From positions 1-42,860 of IMG/VR virus record IMGVR_UViG_3300047275_000196: 42,860 bases of DNA. One strand, written 5' to 3'. Shown one piece after another: positions 14,347 through 24,272 of this stretch (position 1 is the stretch's first letter; the number at the start of each line of letters is the position of its first letter). This stretch comes from a virus (taxonomy: Duplodnaviria > Caudoviricetes). The translations under genes were made by a program, and so were the position numbers. The notes beneath the pieces were generated by a model. It saw only the letters and a program-made list of their open reading frames with translations. It did no database searches and had not been told where the DNA came from.

Positions 14347-14750
14347 GCGACGATATTGAATTACTGAAAGTGCAGATCAGAGCAGAGCTGCAGCGACTTG
14401 AGGCGAACTCATCTGCCAAGGACGTAGCAGGCAAGGCTATTGGAAAGCATGGCCTTGCTTACATCACAACGATTGTTGTTATCGGTGTTCTGTCGAGCCT
14501 TGCTCTGGACGCCGACAAGATTGCCGCCGTAATGGGGCTTCTTGGTGCCTCGCTGACCGCATTGATTTCAATGCTGGCTAACATCGCTGGGGCAACTGAG
14601 AAGGAAGAAAAGCCAGAGTTTGAGGTTATTAAGAGTCTTGTCGCCAAATTGGACAAGCTCGATCGCAAGGAGCAGCCCATGCGTGTTGACGTAGAGGGCG
14701 ACCATGTGACCGTTACCAAAGGCGAAGATGTAGTGAGGGCAAGCAAATGA
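14343..14750 (+). CDS. Two-TM membrane protein
   Basis: Two hydrophobic segments; ATGA coupling. Confidence 0.7.
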   Translation: MSDDIELLKVQIRAELQRLEANSSAKDVAGKAIGKHGLAYITTIVVIGVLSSLALDADKIAAVMGLLGASLTALISMLANIAGATEKEEKPEFEVIKSLVAKLDKLDRKEQPMRVDVEGDHVTVTKGEDVVRASK

Positions 14751-15232
14751 TGACTCTTATCTCGACATTCATGTCATTTCTTGCCGGAGGTCTTCCGAAG
14801 ATTCTTTCGATGCTGCAAGACCGTCAGGACAAGAAGCACGAGCTTGCGCTTGTCGCCGCTCAGAAGGAGCGAGAGCTTGCTTTGGCTGAGCGTGGATTCC
14901 TTGCTCAGGCCAAGGTCGAGGAAATTAAGCTGGAGCAGATCCAGACGCAGATGGCAGGCGAAGAGCGTCAAGCTTTGTACGCTCACGACATCGAGCTTGG
15001 CAAGGGTGCTTCTCAGTGGATGATCAACTTACGCGCTTCGGTGCGTCCGGTGGTAACCTACATTTTCGTTATCGAACTTGTAGCGCTTAACATCGCCGGG
15101 GTTTGGTACGCATACACGACTGGCATCCCGTTTGCGATTGCGATGGAGAATGTATTCTCGGATGACGAGATGCTGATCCTTAGCTCGATCATTGCATTCT
15201 GGTTCGGAACTCAAGCCTTCAATAAGAAGTGA
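14747..15232 (+). CDS. Putative holin (3TM-holin-like)
   Basis: LRASVRPVVTY...IIAFWFG signature; directly upstream of the lysozyme. Confidence 0.65.
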   Translation: MMTLISTFMSFLAGGLPKILSMLQDRQDKKHELALVAAQKERELALAERGFLAQAKVEEIKLEQIQTQMAGEERQALYAHDIELGKGASQWMINLRASVRPVVTYIFVIELVALNIAGVWYAYTTGIPFAIAMENVFSDDEMLILSSIIAFWFGTQAFNKK

Positions 15233-15762
15233 AGACGAGTCCAAAAGCACTGTCGATGATTCGACACCACGAGGGTGTAAGGAACAAGCCGTACCTTTGC
15301 CCTGCTGGTTTGTGGACTGTTGGAGTCGGTCACGTTCTGTATCCAGAACAGGCCAGCCTTCCGGTAGTTCGCACACCGGAGAACGTCGGGAAGATGCTGC
15401 GTAAGGAATTCTCCTTACGACCGGAGGATAACCGTGTCTGGTCTTCTGCTGAAGTGGACGATCTTCTTTGTAAAGACCTTGCGCGATTTGAGCGTGGCGT
15501 TACCAGATATTGCCCTAATACTGCTGGTGACCAAGGCCGCTTCGATGCGCTGGTCAGCTTTTCATTCAATGTTGGGTTAGGGAATCTGCAACGCTCTAGC
15601 TTGCGGATGAAGAATAATCGAGGCGAGTTTGAGGATGCTGCTACTGAGTTCATGAAGTGGACTAAGGGTGGCGGTAGAGTGTTACCGGGACTTCTGAAGA
15701 GGCGCAGAGATGAACAGGCTTTGTACCTCTCATGTCAAAACTCGACAAGCTCGCTGATATAG
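15229..15762 (+). CDS. Endolysin, GH24 phage lysozyme
   Basis: HEG....PYLCPAGLWTVGVGH, FDALVSFSFNVG, GLLKRRRDE. Confidence 0.92.
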   Translation: MKTSPKALSMIRHHEGVRNKPYLCPAGLWTVGVGHVLYPEQASLPVVRTPENVGKMLRKEFSLRPEDNRVWSSAEVDDLLCKDLARFERGVTRYCPNTAGDQGRFDALVSFSFNVGLGNLQRSSLRMKNNRGEFEDAATEFMKWTKGGGRVLPGLLKRRRDEQALYLSCQNSTSSLI

Positions 15763-16319
15763 CTGGTGCCGCATCAAACCCGCTGTCTGCCGCAAAGGCG
15801 ACTGTGGAGTCTGCCCGTGGTTTAGTAAACGAGACCTATGGTCTTGTTGAAGACGTAAGGGCCATTGCGGAGAAAGAAGTTGCTCGCAAAGAGCAGAAAG
15901 TTCGCACCGCAGTCAGTAGTGACGTTAAGGCTAGGGAACGCGCCACCAAGGCCGTTACCCGGCGCGACACAAACAATGCGGTCACCGACTACAACACGAC
16001 AACAGACGCCATCAAAGAGGCGACTCGTCAGACTCTGATCAACATCAAGAAAAAAGAAGAAGAGCATGCGCTGTACTGGTCTATGACTCAGGACGAGCGT
16101 TTTGAATATGATCGAGTAAGGAAAGAACAGAACGAGAAAATCCGCAAGGAACAATTACGCATTACTCGCGAAAAGTATGCGCGACAAGAACGCAACGAGC
16201 TGATAATAGGCGTTGTTATCGGACTTGTTTTGTTGGTCGGCGGACTTTACGGAATGCTCTTTTGGTTGGCATACGCCACACAAGATCCAAAGCTGATGTC
16301 CATTGTGGGCATCAATTGA
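15732..16319 (+). CDS. Coiled-coil protein with C-terminal TM
   Basis: 195 aa; LIIGVVIGLVLLVGGLYGMLFW segment. Confidence 0.65.
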   Translation: MSKLDKLADIAGAASNPLSAAKATVESARGLVNETYGLVEDVRAIAEKEVARKEQKVRTAVSSDVKARERATKAVTRRDTNNAVTDYNTTTDAIKEATRQTLINIKKKEEEHALYWSMTQDERFEYDRVRKEQNEKIRKEQLRITREKYARQERNELIIGVVIGLVLLVGGLYGMLFWLAYATQDPKLMSIVGIN

Positions 16320-16340
16320 CGCTTGAATAAGGAGGCACTT

Positions 16341-16652
16341 ATGAAAGCCAGTGATGTGAAGCGAGAGGGCGGCAAGATTGTCTACCGTGGACACAAGTTC
16401 CCCGGATTCAATAAGCCGATCAATGCTCCTGCTGGAGCAAAAGAGAAGAAGATGGTTCTTGCCAAGAAGGGCGAGGACGTAAAGCTTGTTCGCTTTGGTC
16501 TTCGTGGCATGCAGGACTACACGCAACATGGCAGCGAGAAACGCCGCGAGAACTACCTCTCTCGTTCCGCTGGTATCCGCGATAAGTCTGGCAAGCTGAC
16601 TAAGGACGACAAGTTCTCAGCGAACTACTGGGCCAGAAAAGTTCTCTGGTAA
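16341..16652 (+). CDS. Basic hypothetical protein, DUF5754-like
   Basis: KKMVL...VRFG..GMQDYTQH...RRENYLSR...SANYWARKVLW; AGGAGG SD before ATG 16341. Confidence 0.7.
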   Translation: MKASDVKREGGKIVYRGHKFPGFNKPINAPAGAKEKKMVLAKKGEDVKLVRFGLRGMQDYTQHGSEKRRENYLSRSAGIRDKSGKLTKDDKFSANYWARKVLW

Positions 16653-18094
16653 TGGAGGTTCAATACTTCCCACCGGGGCCAGCCTGCGAGGCCTTTCACT
16701 TAGACGACTCGTTCGTTCGGGGTCTGATGGGGCCGGTAGGTTCTGGCAAGTCCACTGCTTGCTGCTATGAGATTCTTATCCGTGGCGTTCGGCAGCAGCC
16801 GGGGCCGGACAAGATTCGACGCTCGCGATGGGCTGCGCTGCGTAACACCTATCCTGAACTCAAGTCCACCACGATCAAGACGTGGATGGATTGGATGAAG
16901 GATATTGCGGTCATGAAGTGGGACACGCCGATTACCTCAACCATTGCCATCGATAACATCGGTGACGGGACTGGGGTTGAGATCGAAGTCCTCTTCATCG
17001 CTATCGACAGACCTGAAGACGTGAACAAGCTTCGGTCGCTCGAACTCACAGGCGCGTGGATCAACGAAGCCTCTGAGATGGACAAGTCAGTCCTCGACAT
17101 GTGTACGCAGCGTATTGGACGTTACCCGTCCAAGCGCGTTGGCGGCCCGTCATGGACTGGCGTGATCATGGATACCAACCCACCGGACGATGACAGCTGG
17201 TGGTATAAGCTGGCCGAAGAAGACAGACCGAAAGGTTACAAATTCTTTCGCCAGCCGGGAGGCCTCATGCAGGACTTGGACGAAAAGTCCGAGACCTACA
17301 TGGAGTACATCCCAAACCCAAGAGCGGAGAACATCCAGAACCATAGCCTCGGTTACCAGTACTACTTGAATCAAGTTGCTGGAAAAACTGAAGACTGGAT
17401 TAAGGTCTTCCTGCTTGGGGATTACGGCACCACGATGGACGGCAAACCCGTCTATCCTGAGTGGAACGATAAGGAGCATTACAGCGATACTCCGCTTACG
17501 CCGGTAGATGGTATGCCGGTTATCCTGTCGTTTGACTTTGGTCTGACCCCCGCCTGCGTGTTCTTGCAGATGTCTCCGAAGGGACAGCTTCTCGTACTCG
17601 ATGAGCTTGTCTCTGAGGATATGGGCATTCGCCAGTTCTACTCAGAGGTGGTCAGGCCGTTCATTATGCAGAAGTACTCTCGCCATAGGATCGAGGCAGT
17701 TGGAGATCCGGCGGGCAACATTCGCGCACAGACTGACGAGAAGACCTGCATGCAGGAACTTCTTTCGCTTGGGATGATCTGCGAACCAGCACCGACGAAC
17801 GAATTCTTGGCCCGCCGTGAAAGCGTGGCCTTTTTTCTTCAGCGCCTCTCATCTAGCGGGCCGGGGTTTATTCTTAGCCCTGACTGCAAGATGCTGCGTA
17901 AAGGGTTCAACGGTGGATATCGGTACGAGCGTATCCGCTCATCCGGTACGACGAAGTTCAAGGATCGTCCCGTTAAAGACAAGTTCTCTCACGTTCACGA
18001 CGCCCTACAGTACGGCTGTCTACACATGAGGAATGAAATGAACCCCGTTCGACGCAAACCTATCAGAGAAGCAAGCACAGGCGGTTGGGTATAA
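16652..18094 (+). CDS. terL: Terminase large subunit
   Basis: Walker A GPVGSGKS, WINEA, DTNPP, nuclease FDFG, SHVHDALQY. Confidence 0.95.
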   Translation: MEVQYFPPGPACEAFHLDDSFVRGLMGPVGSGKSTACCYEILIRGVRQQPGPDKIRRSRWAALRNTYPELKSTTIKTWMDWMKDIAVMKWDTPITSTIAIDNIGDGTGVEIEVLFIAIDRPEDVNKLRSLELTGAWINEASEMDKSVLDMCTQRIGRYPSKRVGGPSWTGVIMDTNPPDDDSWWYKLAEEDRPKGYKFFRQPGGLMQDLDEKSETYMEYIPNPRAENIQNHSLGYQYYLNQVAGKTEDWIKVFLLGDYGTTMDGKPVYPEWNDKEHYSDTPLTPVDGMPVILSFDFGLTPACVFLQMSPKGQLLVLDELVSEDMGIRQFYSEVVRPFIMQKYSRHRIEAVGDPAGNIRAQTDEKTCMQELLSLGMICEPAPTNEFLARRESVAFFLQRLSSSGPGFILSPDCKMLRKGFNGGYRYERIRSSGTTKFKDRPVKDKFSHVHDALQYGCLHMRNEMNPVRRKPIREASTGGWV

Positions 18095-18097
18095 AAC

Positions 18098-20041
18098 ATG
18101 GCACTTAAATCGGTCAAGTTACAAAAAGCGCAAGAGGCCTCGGTCATCGCTGATGAACCGGCAGTCTTGTCGCTTGCATCCTACGTCCGTCGTTGCTACG
18201 AAGAAGCAAAGACCGCGAAGTCTGATGTGACTGAGCGTTTGCTCCGCGCTGAACGCCAGCGTCGAGGCATGTACGACCCGGACAAGCTCGCAATGATTCG
18301 CGAGACTGGCGGCTCGGATATCTACATGATGCTCACGGACATTAAGTGTCGCGCAGCTGAGTCGTGGATCAAAGATGTAATCCTCTCGACTGGCGAGAAG
18401 TCTTGGAGCCTTTCTCCGACTGCGGAGCCAACTGTCCCAGAGGATCTGCGTAACGAGATTATTGAGGCCGTCACAATGGAGGCAGATGCCGTCCAGAGTG
18501 CTGGCATTGGCGTGAACCCGCAGACAATCGAAAAGCGCATGGAAGAGATTCATGCGGAAGTGAAGAAGCGTCTGCTGGAGCGAGCCAAGATGGCCTCCTC
18601 CAAGATGGAGAAGCGCATTCTCGATAAGATGCAGGACGCTAACTTCAACGGCATGTTGAGCGAAGTGATCTACGACTTCGTGACATTCCCGGCTGCCTTT
18701 ATGAAAGGCCCGATGATCCGCACGAAGAACGTGCTGAAGTGGGGGCCGAATTGGCAGCCCAAGGTTGTCGAGGAGATCGTCGAGGACTTTGAGCGTGTCT
18801 CTCCGTACGACATCTTCCCGTCCCCGAACGCGACTACCTGCCAAGACGGATACTTGATCCACCGTCACCAGATGACTCGCGCCGACTTTGATGTCCTTCG
18901 CAACACTCCGTCGTTCAATACGGAAGCTGTTGACGAGGTCATGCGAGTTTATGGACGCTCTGGCTTGCGCGAACTTGTGCAGTCCGACACCGAACGTAAC
19001 CTGCTTGAAGGCCGCAACAATACGCTGATTGGAACCGAGCTTATCGAAAGCGTCGAGTTCTGGGGTTCAGTGTCTGGATACATGCTCCGCGAGTGGGGCA
19101 TGAAGGACGTTGAGGACTACCGCGAGTACGAAGTCAACGTCTGGCTGGTTGGTAGCTACGTGATCAAGTGCGTTAAGAACCCTGATCCGTTGGCCCGCCG
19201 CCCGTACTCCAAGGCTTCGTGGGAGTCCATCCCCGGCGCATTCTGGGGCTTGGCCCTGCCGGAAATGATGACCGACATCCAGACCGTGTGTAATGCCGCC
19301 GCTCGTGCGCTGGCAAACAACATGGGCATTGCCTCTGGCCCGCAGGTCGAAGTCTCTGTTGATCGTTTGCCGGACGGCGAGGATCTAACAAAGATCTACC
19401 CGTGGAAGATTTGGCAGACCACGTCTGACCGCACTGGCGGTGGCCAGCCTGCCGTTCGCTTCTATCAGCCGAGCATGAATGCAGACGCATTACTTGCGGT
19501 GTATCAGTACTTCCAGAGAATTGCTGACGAAGTGACTGGCGTGCCTAACTACATATACGGAAGCGGTCAGGCTTCAGGCGCTGGGCGTACCGCGTCTGGT
19601 CTTTCAATGCTGATGGAAAATGCCGCGAAAGGTATTAAGCAGGCTATCCTATCGCTCGATGCGGCAACTACCGATGTCATCCATCGCTTGTACGATCATC
19701 TGATGATCTACGACGACGACCAAGAAATTAAGGGCGATATGCAGATCGTCCCGGCTGGCGTCGTCGGAACGCTGCTCAAGGAGTCTGTACAGCAGCGCCG
19801 CAATGAGTTCTTGCAGATGACTGCCAACCCGGTTGACATCCAGATCATGGGGCCGAATGGCCGAGCCATGCTTCTACGAGAGGCGGCTAAGACTTTGAAC
19901 ATGGACGTTGACAAGATTATCCCTGACCCCGAGAAGGTCATGGAAGTGCAGCAGGCGATGATGGAACAGATGTCGCAGGCTCAACAACAGGCTCCCGCAC
20001 AACCGCCCGAGCAACTACCACCTGAAGGAATGATGCAATGA
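18098..20041 (+). CDS. Portal protein
   Basis: 647 aa directly after terL; podovirus portal-like motifs (RVSPYDIFP, PGAFWG, RTASGLSML), Q/P-rich tail. Confidence 0.85.
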   Translation: MALKSVKLQKAQEASVIADEPAVLSLASYVRRCYEEAKTAKSDVTERLLRAERQRRGMYDPDKLAMIRETGGSDIYMMLTDIKCRAAESWIKDVILSTGEKSWSLSPTAEPTVPEDLRNEIIEAVTMEADAVQSAGIGVNPQTIEKRMEEIHAEVKKRLLERAKMASSKMEKRILDKMQDANFNGMLSEVIYDFVTFPAAFMKGPMIRTKNVLKWGPNWQPKVVEEIVEDFERVSPYDIFPSPNATTCQDGYLIHRHQMTRADFDVLRNTPSFNTEAVDEVMRVYGRSGLRELVQSDTERNLLEGRNNTLIGTELIESVEFWGSVSGYMLREWGMKDVEDYREYEVNVWLVGSYVIKCVKNPDPLARRPYSKASWESIPGAFWGLALPEMMTDIQTVCNAAARALANNMGIASGPQVEVSVDRLPDGEDLTKIYPWKIWQTTSDRTGGGQPAVRFYQPSMNADALLAVYQYFQRIADEVTGVPNYIYGSGQASGAGRTASGLSMLMENAAKGIKQAILSLDAATTDVIHRLYDHLMIYDDDQEIKGDMQIVPAGVVGTLLKESVQQRRNEFLQMTANPVDIQIMGPNGRAMLLREAAKTLNMDVDKIIPDPEKVMEVQQAMMEQMSQAQQQAPAQPPEQLPPEGMMQ

Positions 20042-20397
20042 GCAAAGTAGGAAATTTCGCCGCAGGCTTGCTTGGCGGCTACGTTGGATACAAGCAACAG
20101 AAAGAAGCGCAGGCTGAGCGGAAAGAAGACCGCGAAATGATGCAGGCCATCCTTGGAAAGAAAAAGGATGAAACTGCTACCACCGCCAAGACCGTTATGG
20201 CTGAAGGCGCTGCCGCTGGAGATGCCGTTTCTGGAGCAACCGGAAAAGGCGCTGACATGATTAGCCGGGTTGGCCCGATCAATCCAATTGAAGAGCAGGC
20301 AATGGCCAACGGCGGCATGGTTGGGGAAATGCCCAAGCAGTACGACCGCTTCGGCTGGCAGCGCCAGTCGTTTAAGAAGGGAACTCCCAGCTTCTAA
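20038..20397 (+). CDS. Hypothetical, probably virion-associated protein
   Basis: ATGA coupling; MANGGMVG motif. Confidence 0.65.
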   Translation: MSKVGNFAAGLLGGYVGYKQQKEAQAERKEDREMMQAILGKKKDETATTAKTVMAEGAAAGDAVSGATGKGADMISRVGPINPIEEQAMANGGMVGEMPKQYDRFGWQRQSFKKGTPSF

Positions 20398-20597
20398 TGG
20401 ATCAAAAGGTTAGAGAGGCTCTGAACCGTCTGAGTGCCGACTCGGACTTTCAGATGTTCGTATCGCATCTAACGTCGTTGCGTGATGCGCGGCTTGTTGA
20501 ATTGGAAGATGCTACGGTGGCACTCCAAGTAAACAAGTTGCAGGGCTACTGCCAAGCAATACGCGATGTCGTACAGATGTGTGCTAGGAAACCCTAG
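20397..20597 (+). CDS. Small conserved protein between portal and scaffold
   Basis: 66 aa; DFQ.F...L...LQG pattern and position. Confidence 0.7.
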   Translation: MDQKVREALNRLSADSDFQMFVSHLTSLRDARLVELEDATVALQVNKLQGYCQAIRDVVQMCARKP

Positions 20598-20605
20598 CGC
20601 ACCGG

Positions 20606-20626
20606 AACCGGAGGAATCCGGGTTTT
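20606..20626 (+). terminator. Possible intrinsic terminator
   Basis: ccgga-ggaa-tccgg followed by gtttt. Confidence 0.45.
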
Positions 20627-20632
20627 ATAACG

Positions 20633-20699
20633 CCGAGAATACCGGATCGTAGGCAGAGAATACCGATAGGCTCTCTTGCGCGAAGGTCGGCTCACGGAG
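20633..20699 (+). promoter_or_regulatory. Candidate RNA operator in the scaffold leader (two nested AAUA-bulged helices)
   Basis: gagaataccg at 20635 and 20656; partners ggctc at 20669 and 20689; the outer stem reaches the GGAG SD. Confidence 0.5.
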
Positions 20700-20709
20700 T
20701 ATCAAAGTC

Positions 20710-21657
20710 ATGGCTAATAGGAACGCTGAGAAGCAAGCGCAACTTGCAGAAGAGATTTACAACAAGGTCTATAGGAACACCGAGCAATCGGCTCCCGAAG
20801 TCAAAGAAGACACAGCGCAGGAATCTGCGTCACCCGTCGAGGAACAAGCAGCGGAAACCGCCGTCGCTCCCGAAGCTCAAGAGCAGAAGGAAAACGTCGA
20901 GCAGCAACCAAAGCCAAAGTTCCCCGATGCCGATCCGAATGACAAGAGCTGGGAGCAGCGGTACAAAGTTCTAGCGAACAAGTACTCTGCTGAAGTCCCA
21001 CGTTACGCTGCCGAGATTCGCTCTCTCAAGTCAGAGATTGCGGAACTCAAGAAGGCTCAGGAGAATAAGCCTGTTGAGCCGAAGCGTGAAGAAACTCTGG
21101 TCAAGCCGGAAGAGGTTCAAGAGTACGGCGAGAAGTTCGTGGACTTCGTCAAGCGTGCAGCCAAAGAGGTTGTGCCTAACGACGTAAGCGAACTCAAGCA
21201 AACTGTTGAAGAGTTACGCAAGACAAATTCTGCGCTGGAAAAGAAACGATTCTTTGATGAGCTTGGAAGTTTGTCTCCGACATGGGAATCACTGAACACT
21301 GACAATGGCTTTCTTGATTGGCTTGGGGAGCTTGATCCCTACACCGGTCAGCAGCGCCAGTCTCTGTTCGACGATGCCTACGCAAAGTTAGACGCTTGGC
21401 GTGTCGCCAACTTCTTCAACGCCTTTAGCGATGGCCAGCAAAAACAGGAACCTCAAAGTCGAAAGCCGGAACTTGCGGAGCAGGTGACGCCCAAAACAAC
21501 GGGCAAGACCGCGCCGCCGCAAGGCAAGAAGATTTATACGAACGCAGAAGTCGCTCGTTTCTACGACGACGTGCGCCGTAATAAATATTCGCCGGAAGAG
21601 ATTAAGAGGATTGAGCAAGATATCTTCGCTGCTCAGACAGAAGGTCGCTTGAGATAA
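20710..21657 (+). CDS. Capsid scaffolding protein
   Basis: Acidic, E/Q/P-rich N-terminus, coiled coil, immediately upstream of the capsid gene. Confidence 0.75.
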   Translation: MANRNAEKQAQLAEEIYNKVYRNTEQSAPEVKEDTAQESASPVEEQAAETAVAPEAQEQKENVEQQPKPKFPDADPNDKSWEQRYKVLANKYSAEVPRYAAEIRSLKSEIAELKKAQENKPVEPKREETLVKPEEVQEYGEKFVDFVKRAAKEVVPNDVSELKQTVEELRKTNSALEKKRFFDELGSLSPTWESLNTDNGFLDWLGELDPYTGQQRQSLFDDAYAKLDAWRVANFFNAFSDGQQKQEPQSRKPELAEQVTPKTTGKTAPPQGKKIYTNAEVARFYDDVRRNKYSPEEIKRIEQDIFAAQTEGRLR

Positions 21658-21695
21658 GCCCCTGTCCAGCGAAGTCAACTTAAAGGAAACTTAAT

Positions 21696-22670
21696 ATGTC
21701 TCTCGCAGTAAGTGGTAACTACTACGGCGCTGGTTCAGGCGTCGATGCCTACACCGGCAAGTTCATTCCTGAGATTTGGTCAGGCAAGCTTCAGGTCAAG
21801 TTCTATCAGACGACGGTGTTGTCTGACATCACGAACAACGACTGGGAAGGTGAGATCAAGGATCAGGGCGACAAGGTCGAGATCCGCACGGTTCCGTCGA
21901 TCACGATCAACAACTACCTCAAGGGTCAGACCCTCGCCGCTCAGGTGCCGACGAATGACGTTGTTGAGCTGTTGATCGACAAGGGCAAGTACTTCTCGGT
22001 TGTTGTCGATGACGTGGACGACGTGCAGTCGGATCTCAAGCTCATGGACATCTTCACGAACGACGCTGCTCAGCAGATGAAGATTGCCGTGGACACGGAC
22101 GTGCTTGGCGCGTTGGTTGGCGCTTCGGCTGCCGCTAACGAGGGTGCGACTGCCGGTGCGATCTCTGGCGACCTGAACCTTGGCGTGTCGACCGGTGGTT
22201 CTAAGGCTGCCCGTAAGGTCACCTCGGCCAACGTGATCGACTATTTGATCGCGATGGGTCAGTGCTTGGACGAGCAGAACGCCCCAGAAGATGGCCGTTG
22301 GGTCGTCATCCCGGCGTGGATGGCGTCGAAGATCAAGACCTCCGACCTCAAGGATGCCTCGATCACGAACGACTCGCTCTCGCCGCTGCGTAATGGCCGC
22401 CTTGGCATGATTGATCGCTTCACGTTGTACGTCAGCAACCTCCTCCCGTCGCAGACCGCGATCACGGGCGAAGGTGCGGACACCAGCGTTAAGGCGTTCA
22501 GCTGCTTCGCTGGCACCCGTGATGCGATCACGTTCGCGTCTCAGATCACGAAGATGGAGTCGCTCCGTAGCACGTCTACGTTCGGCAACATCGTTCGCGG
22601 CTTGAACGTGTACGGCTACAAGGTCGTGAAGCCGGAGGCTCTCGTTGAGGGCTTCTTCTACAAGGGCTAA
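21696..22670 (+). CDS. Major capsid protein
   Basis: FIPEIWSGKL, GEIKDQGDKV.I, GRWVVIP, RGLNVYGYKVVKPEAL; strong codon bias. Confidence 0.92.
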   Translation: MSLAVSGNYYGAGSGVDAYTGKFIPEIWSGKLQVKFYQTTVLSDITNNDWEGEIKDQGDKVEIRTVPSITINNYLKGQTLAAQVPTNDVVELLIDKGKYFSVVVDDVDDVQSDLKLMDIFTNDAAQQMKIAVDTDVLGALVGASAAANEGATAGAISGDLNLGVSTGGSKAARKVTSANVIDYLIAMGQCLDEQNAPEDGRWVVIPAWMASKIKTSDLKDASITNDSLSPLRNGRLGMIDRFTLYVSNLLPSQTAITGEGADTSVKAFSCFAGTRDAITFASQITKMESLRSTSTFGNIVRGLNVYGYKVVKPEALVEGFFYKG

Positions 22671-22683
22671 TCCCTAGTAGATA

Positions 22684-22726
22684 AAAGAGGGGGTGGTTGG
22701 GGATTCTCGGCCACCCTCTCTCTTTT
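22684..22726 (+). terminator. Intrinsic terminator after the capsid gene
   Basis: ggtggttggg/ctcggccacc stem extended by purine/pyrimidine arms, followed by tctttt. Confidence 0.7.
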
Positions 22727-22742
22727 GAATGAGGAGAGGCAA

Positions 22743-22946
22743 ATGCTTTTGAGGAACAAGAGAACTGGTTTCGTTTACGCTTACAGTAAGGTTCTAGCAA
22801 ACGATCCTGAGTTTGAAGTACACGAAGAGACTCCGGTTCCTGAGAAGCATTCCGAAGTTGTTGAAGTTGTCACCGTCCCGGCCAGCAAACGCAAGCGCCG
22901 CAACGTAGGGGAATCTGATGGCACTCACGCCAAACAACCTGTTTGA
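22743..22946 (+). CDS. Small hypothetical protein
   Basis: GAGGAG SD before ATG 22743. Confidence 0.6.
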   Translation: MLLRNKRTGFVYAYSKVLANDPEFEVHEETPVPEKHSEVVEVVTVPASKRKRRNVGESDGTHAKQPV

Positions 22947-23619
22947 TACTGTCCGAGACATCATTCAGGACACGGGTAAGGTTCGCTGGAGCGATAACGA
23001 GCTTCTTCGATACCTAAATGACGGACGCCGCGATATCGCTGTCGTTCGCCCTGATTTGTACTCGGAGACCACCAACCTCACATTGGTTGCTGGCACGCGA
23101 CAGAGCGTTCCGACAGACGGAACTCGCCTCATGGATGTCGTGCGAAACGTGACTGCCGCTGATGTGGTTGGTCGCGCAGTGCGAATCGTGGAGCGTGAAG
23201 TGCTAGATGCTCAGTCTCCTGATTGGCACACAGAGCCTGCAAGCACGGTTATCAAGCACTTCATGTACGACGAGCGTGAGCCGAAGACTTTCTATGTCTA
23301 CCCGCCCGCAACGGCTGGCCATAAGCTGACCATCGTTTACTCGAAGGCTCCTACCGAGATCACCTCTGGCGACCTCAACTCAACGTCTGTTCTTGCCCGA
23401 GAAGATATCTTCGTTGGCGCATTGACCGACTACCTTGCCTATCGTTGCTTCAGCAAGGATGCCGAGTTCGCTGGAAACTCGCAGCGAGCAGTTATGCACT
23501 ACCAAGCCTTTGCCAACATTATTGGCATTGGCAACAAGAAACGCTTCACTAATTCGCCGAATCTCAACAACATTGGTGGCGCTGTGCCTCGTGCGGCTAC
23601 TGTGGAGGCTGGGGGTTAA
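22918..23619 (+). CDS. Head-tail adaptor-like protein (DUF6682-like)
   Basis: RWSDNELLRYLNDG....RPD, FYVYPP, DYLAYRCFSKDAE. Confidence 0.75.
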   Translation: MALTPNNLFDTVRDIIQDTGKVRWSDNELLRYLNDGRRDIAVVRPDLYSETTNLTLVAGTRQSVPTDGTRLMDVVRNVTAADVVGRAVRIVEREVLDAQSPDWHTEPASTVIKHFMYDEREPKTFYVYPPATAGHKLTIVYSKAPTEITSGDLNSTSVLAREDIFVGALTDYLAYRCFSKDAEFAGNSQRAVMHYQAFANIIGIGNKKRFTNSPNLNNIGGAVPRAATVEAGG

Positions 23620-23621
23620 AC

Positions 23622-24272
23622 ATGGCTACGCTATCCAACTTCTACCCGTACGTGCTGCCTGAAGTTCCGGGCTGCCCAGAGATGACGGTTGACCTAGCGC
23701 TAAAGTCCTCGATCATCGAGTTCTGCGAGAAGTCACTTATCCTGCAGCGCGACCATGACCCACTGACAGTTGTTGCTGGCGTTGTGGATTACGACTTCGA
23801 GCCGCCTACCGGAAGCCTTGTGGTTAAGATCATGAAGGCTTGGTACAAAAGCAAAGAGCTAAAACCTGTCGCGCCTGACGAGGTGGACAAGGCGGAGTTG
23901 TATAATCGGTCTTTCTCTGGCGCGGATACAAACCAGCAAGAGCCTCAGTACATCCTGCAGAAGGATGAGCGTACGTTCTCGCTGTATCCTGTCCCAGATA
24001 CTAATGCAGCCAATGCGCTAACCATGCGGGTTGCATACAAGCCAACTCGCGTGGCAACCGCATTCGAAGATGTCCTGTTTGAGGACTACGCGGAAGTAAT
24101 AGCTCATGGAGCCAAGGCGCGGTTGTTCATGTCACCGGGCAAGACGTATACGAACCCGCAGCTTGCTGTTGCAGCTATGGATCAATTCGGTCGCGGCGTG
24201 AACACCGCCCGCCAGCGAGCCGTTCGAGGACATGTGCGGTCTGACTTGTCCGTTCAGATGCGGAGAATCTAA
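23622..24272 (+). CDS. Second adaptor-like virion protein
   Basis: PYVLPEVPGCP...IEFCEKS, LYPVP, IAHGAKARL. Confidence 0.7.
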   Translation: MATLSNFYPYVLPEVPGCPEMTVDLALKSSIIEFCEKSLILQRDHDPLTVVAGVVDYDFEPPTGSLVVKIMKAWYKSKELKPVAPDEVDKAELYNRSFSGADTNQQEPQYILQKDERTFSLYPVPDTNAANALTMRVAYKPTRVATAFEDVLFEDYAEVIAHGAKARLFMSPGKTYTNPQLAVAAMDQFGRGVNTARQRAVRGHVRSDLSVQMRRI

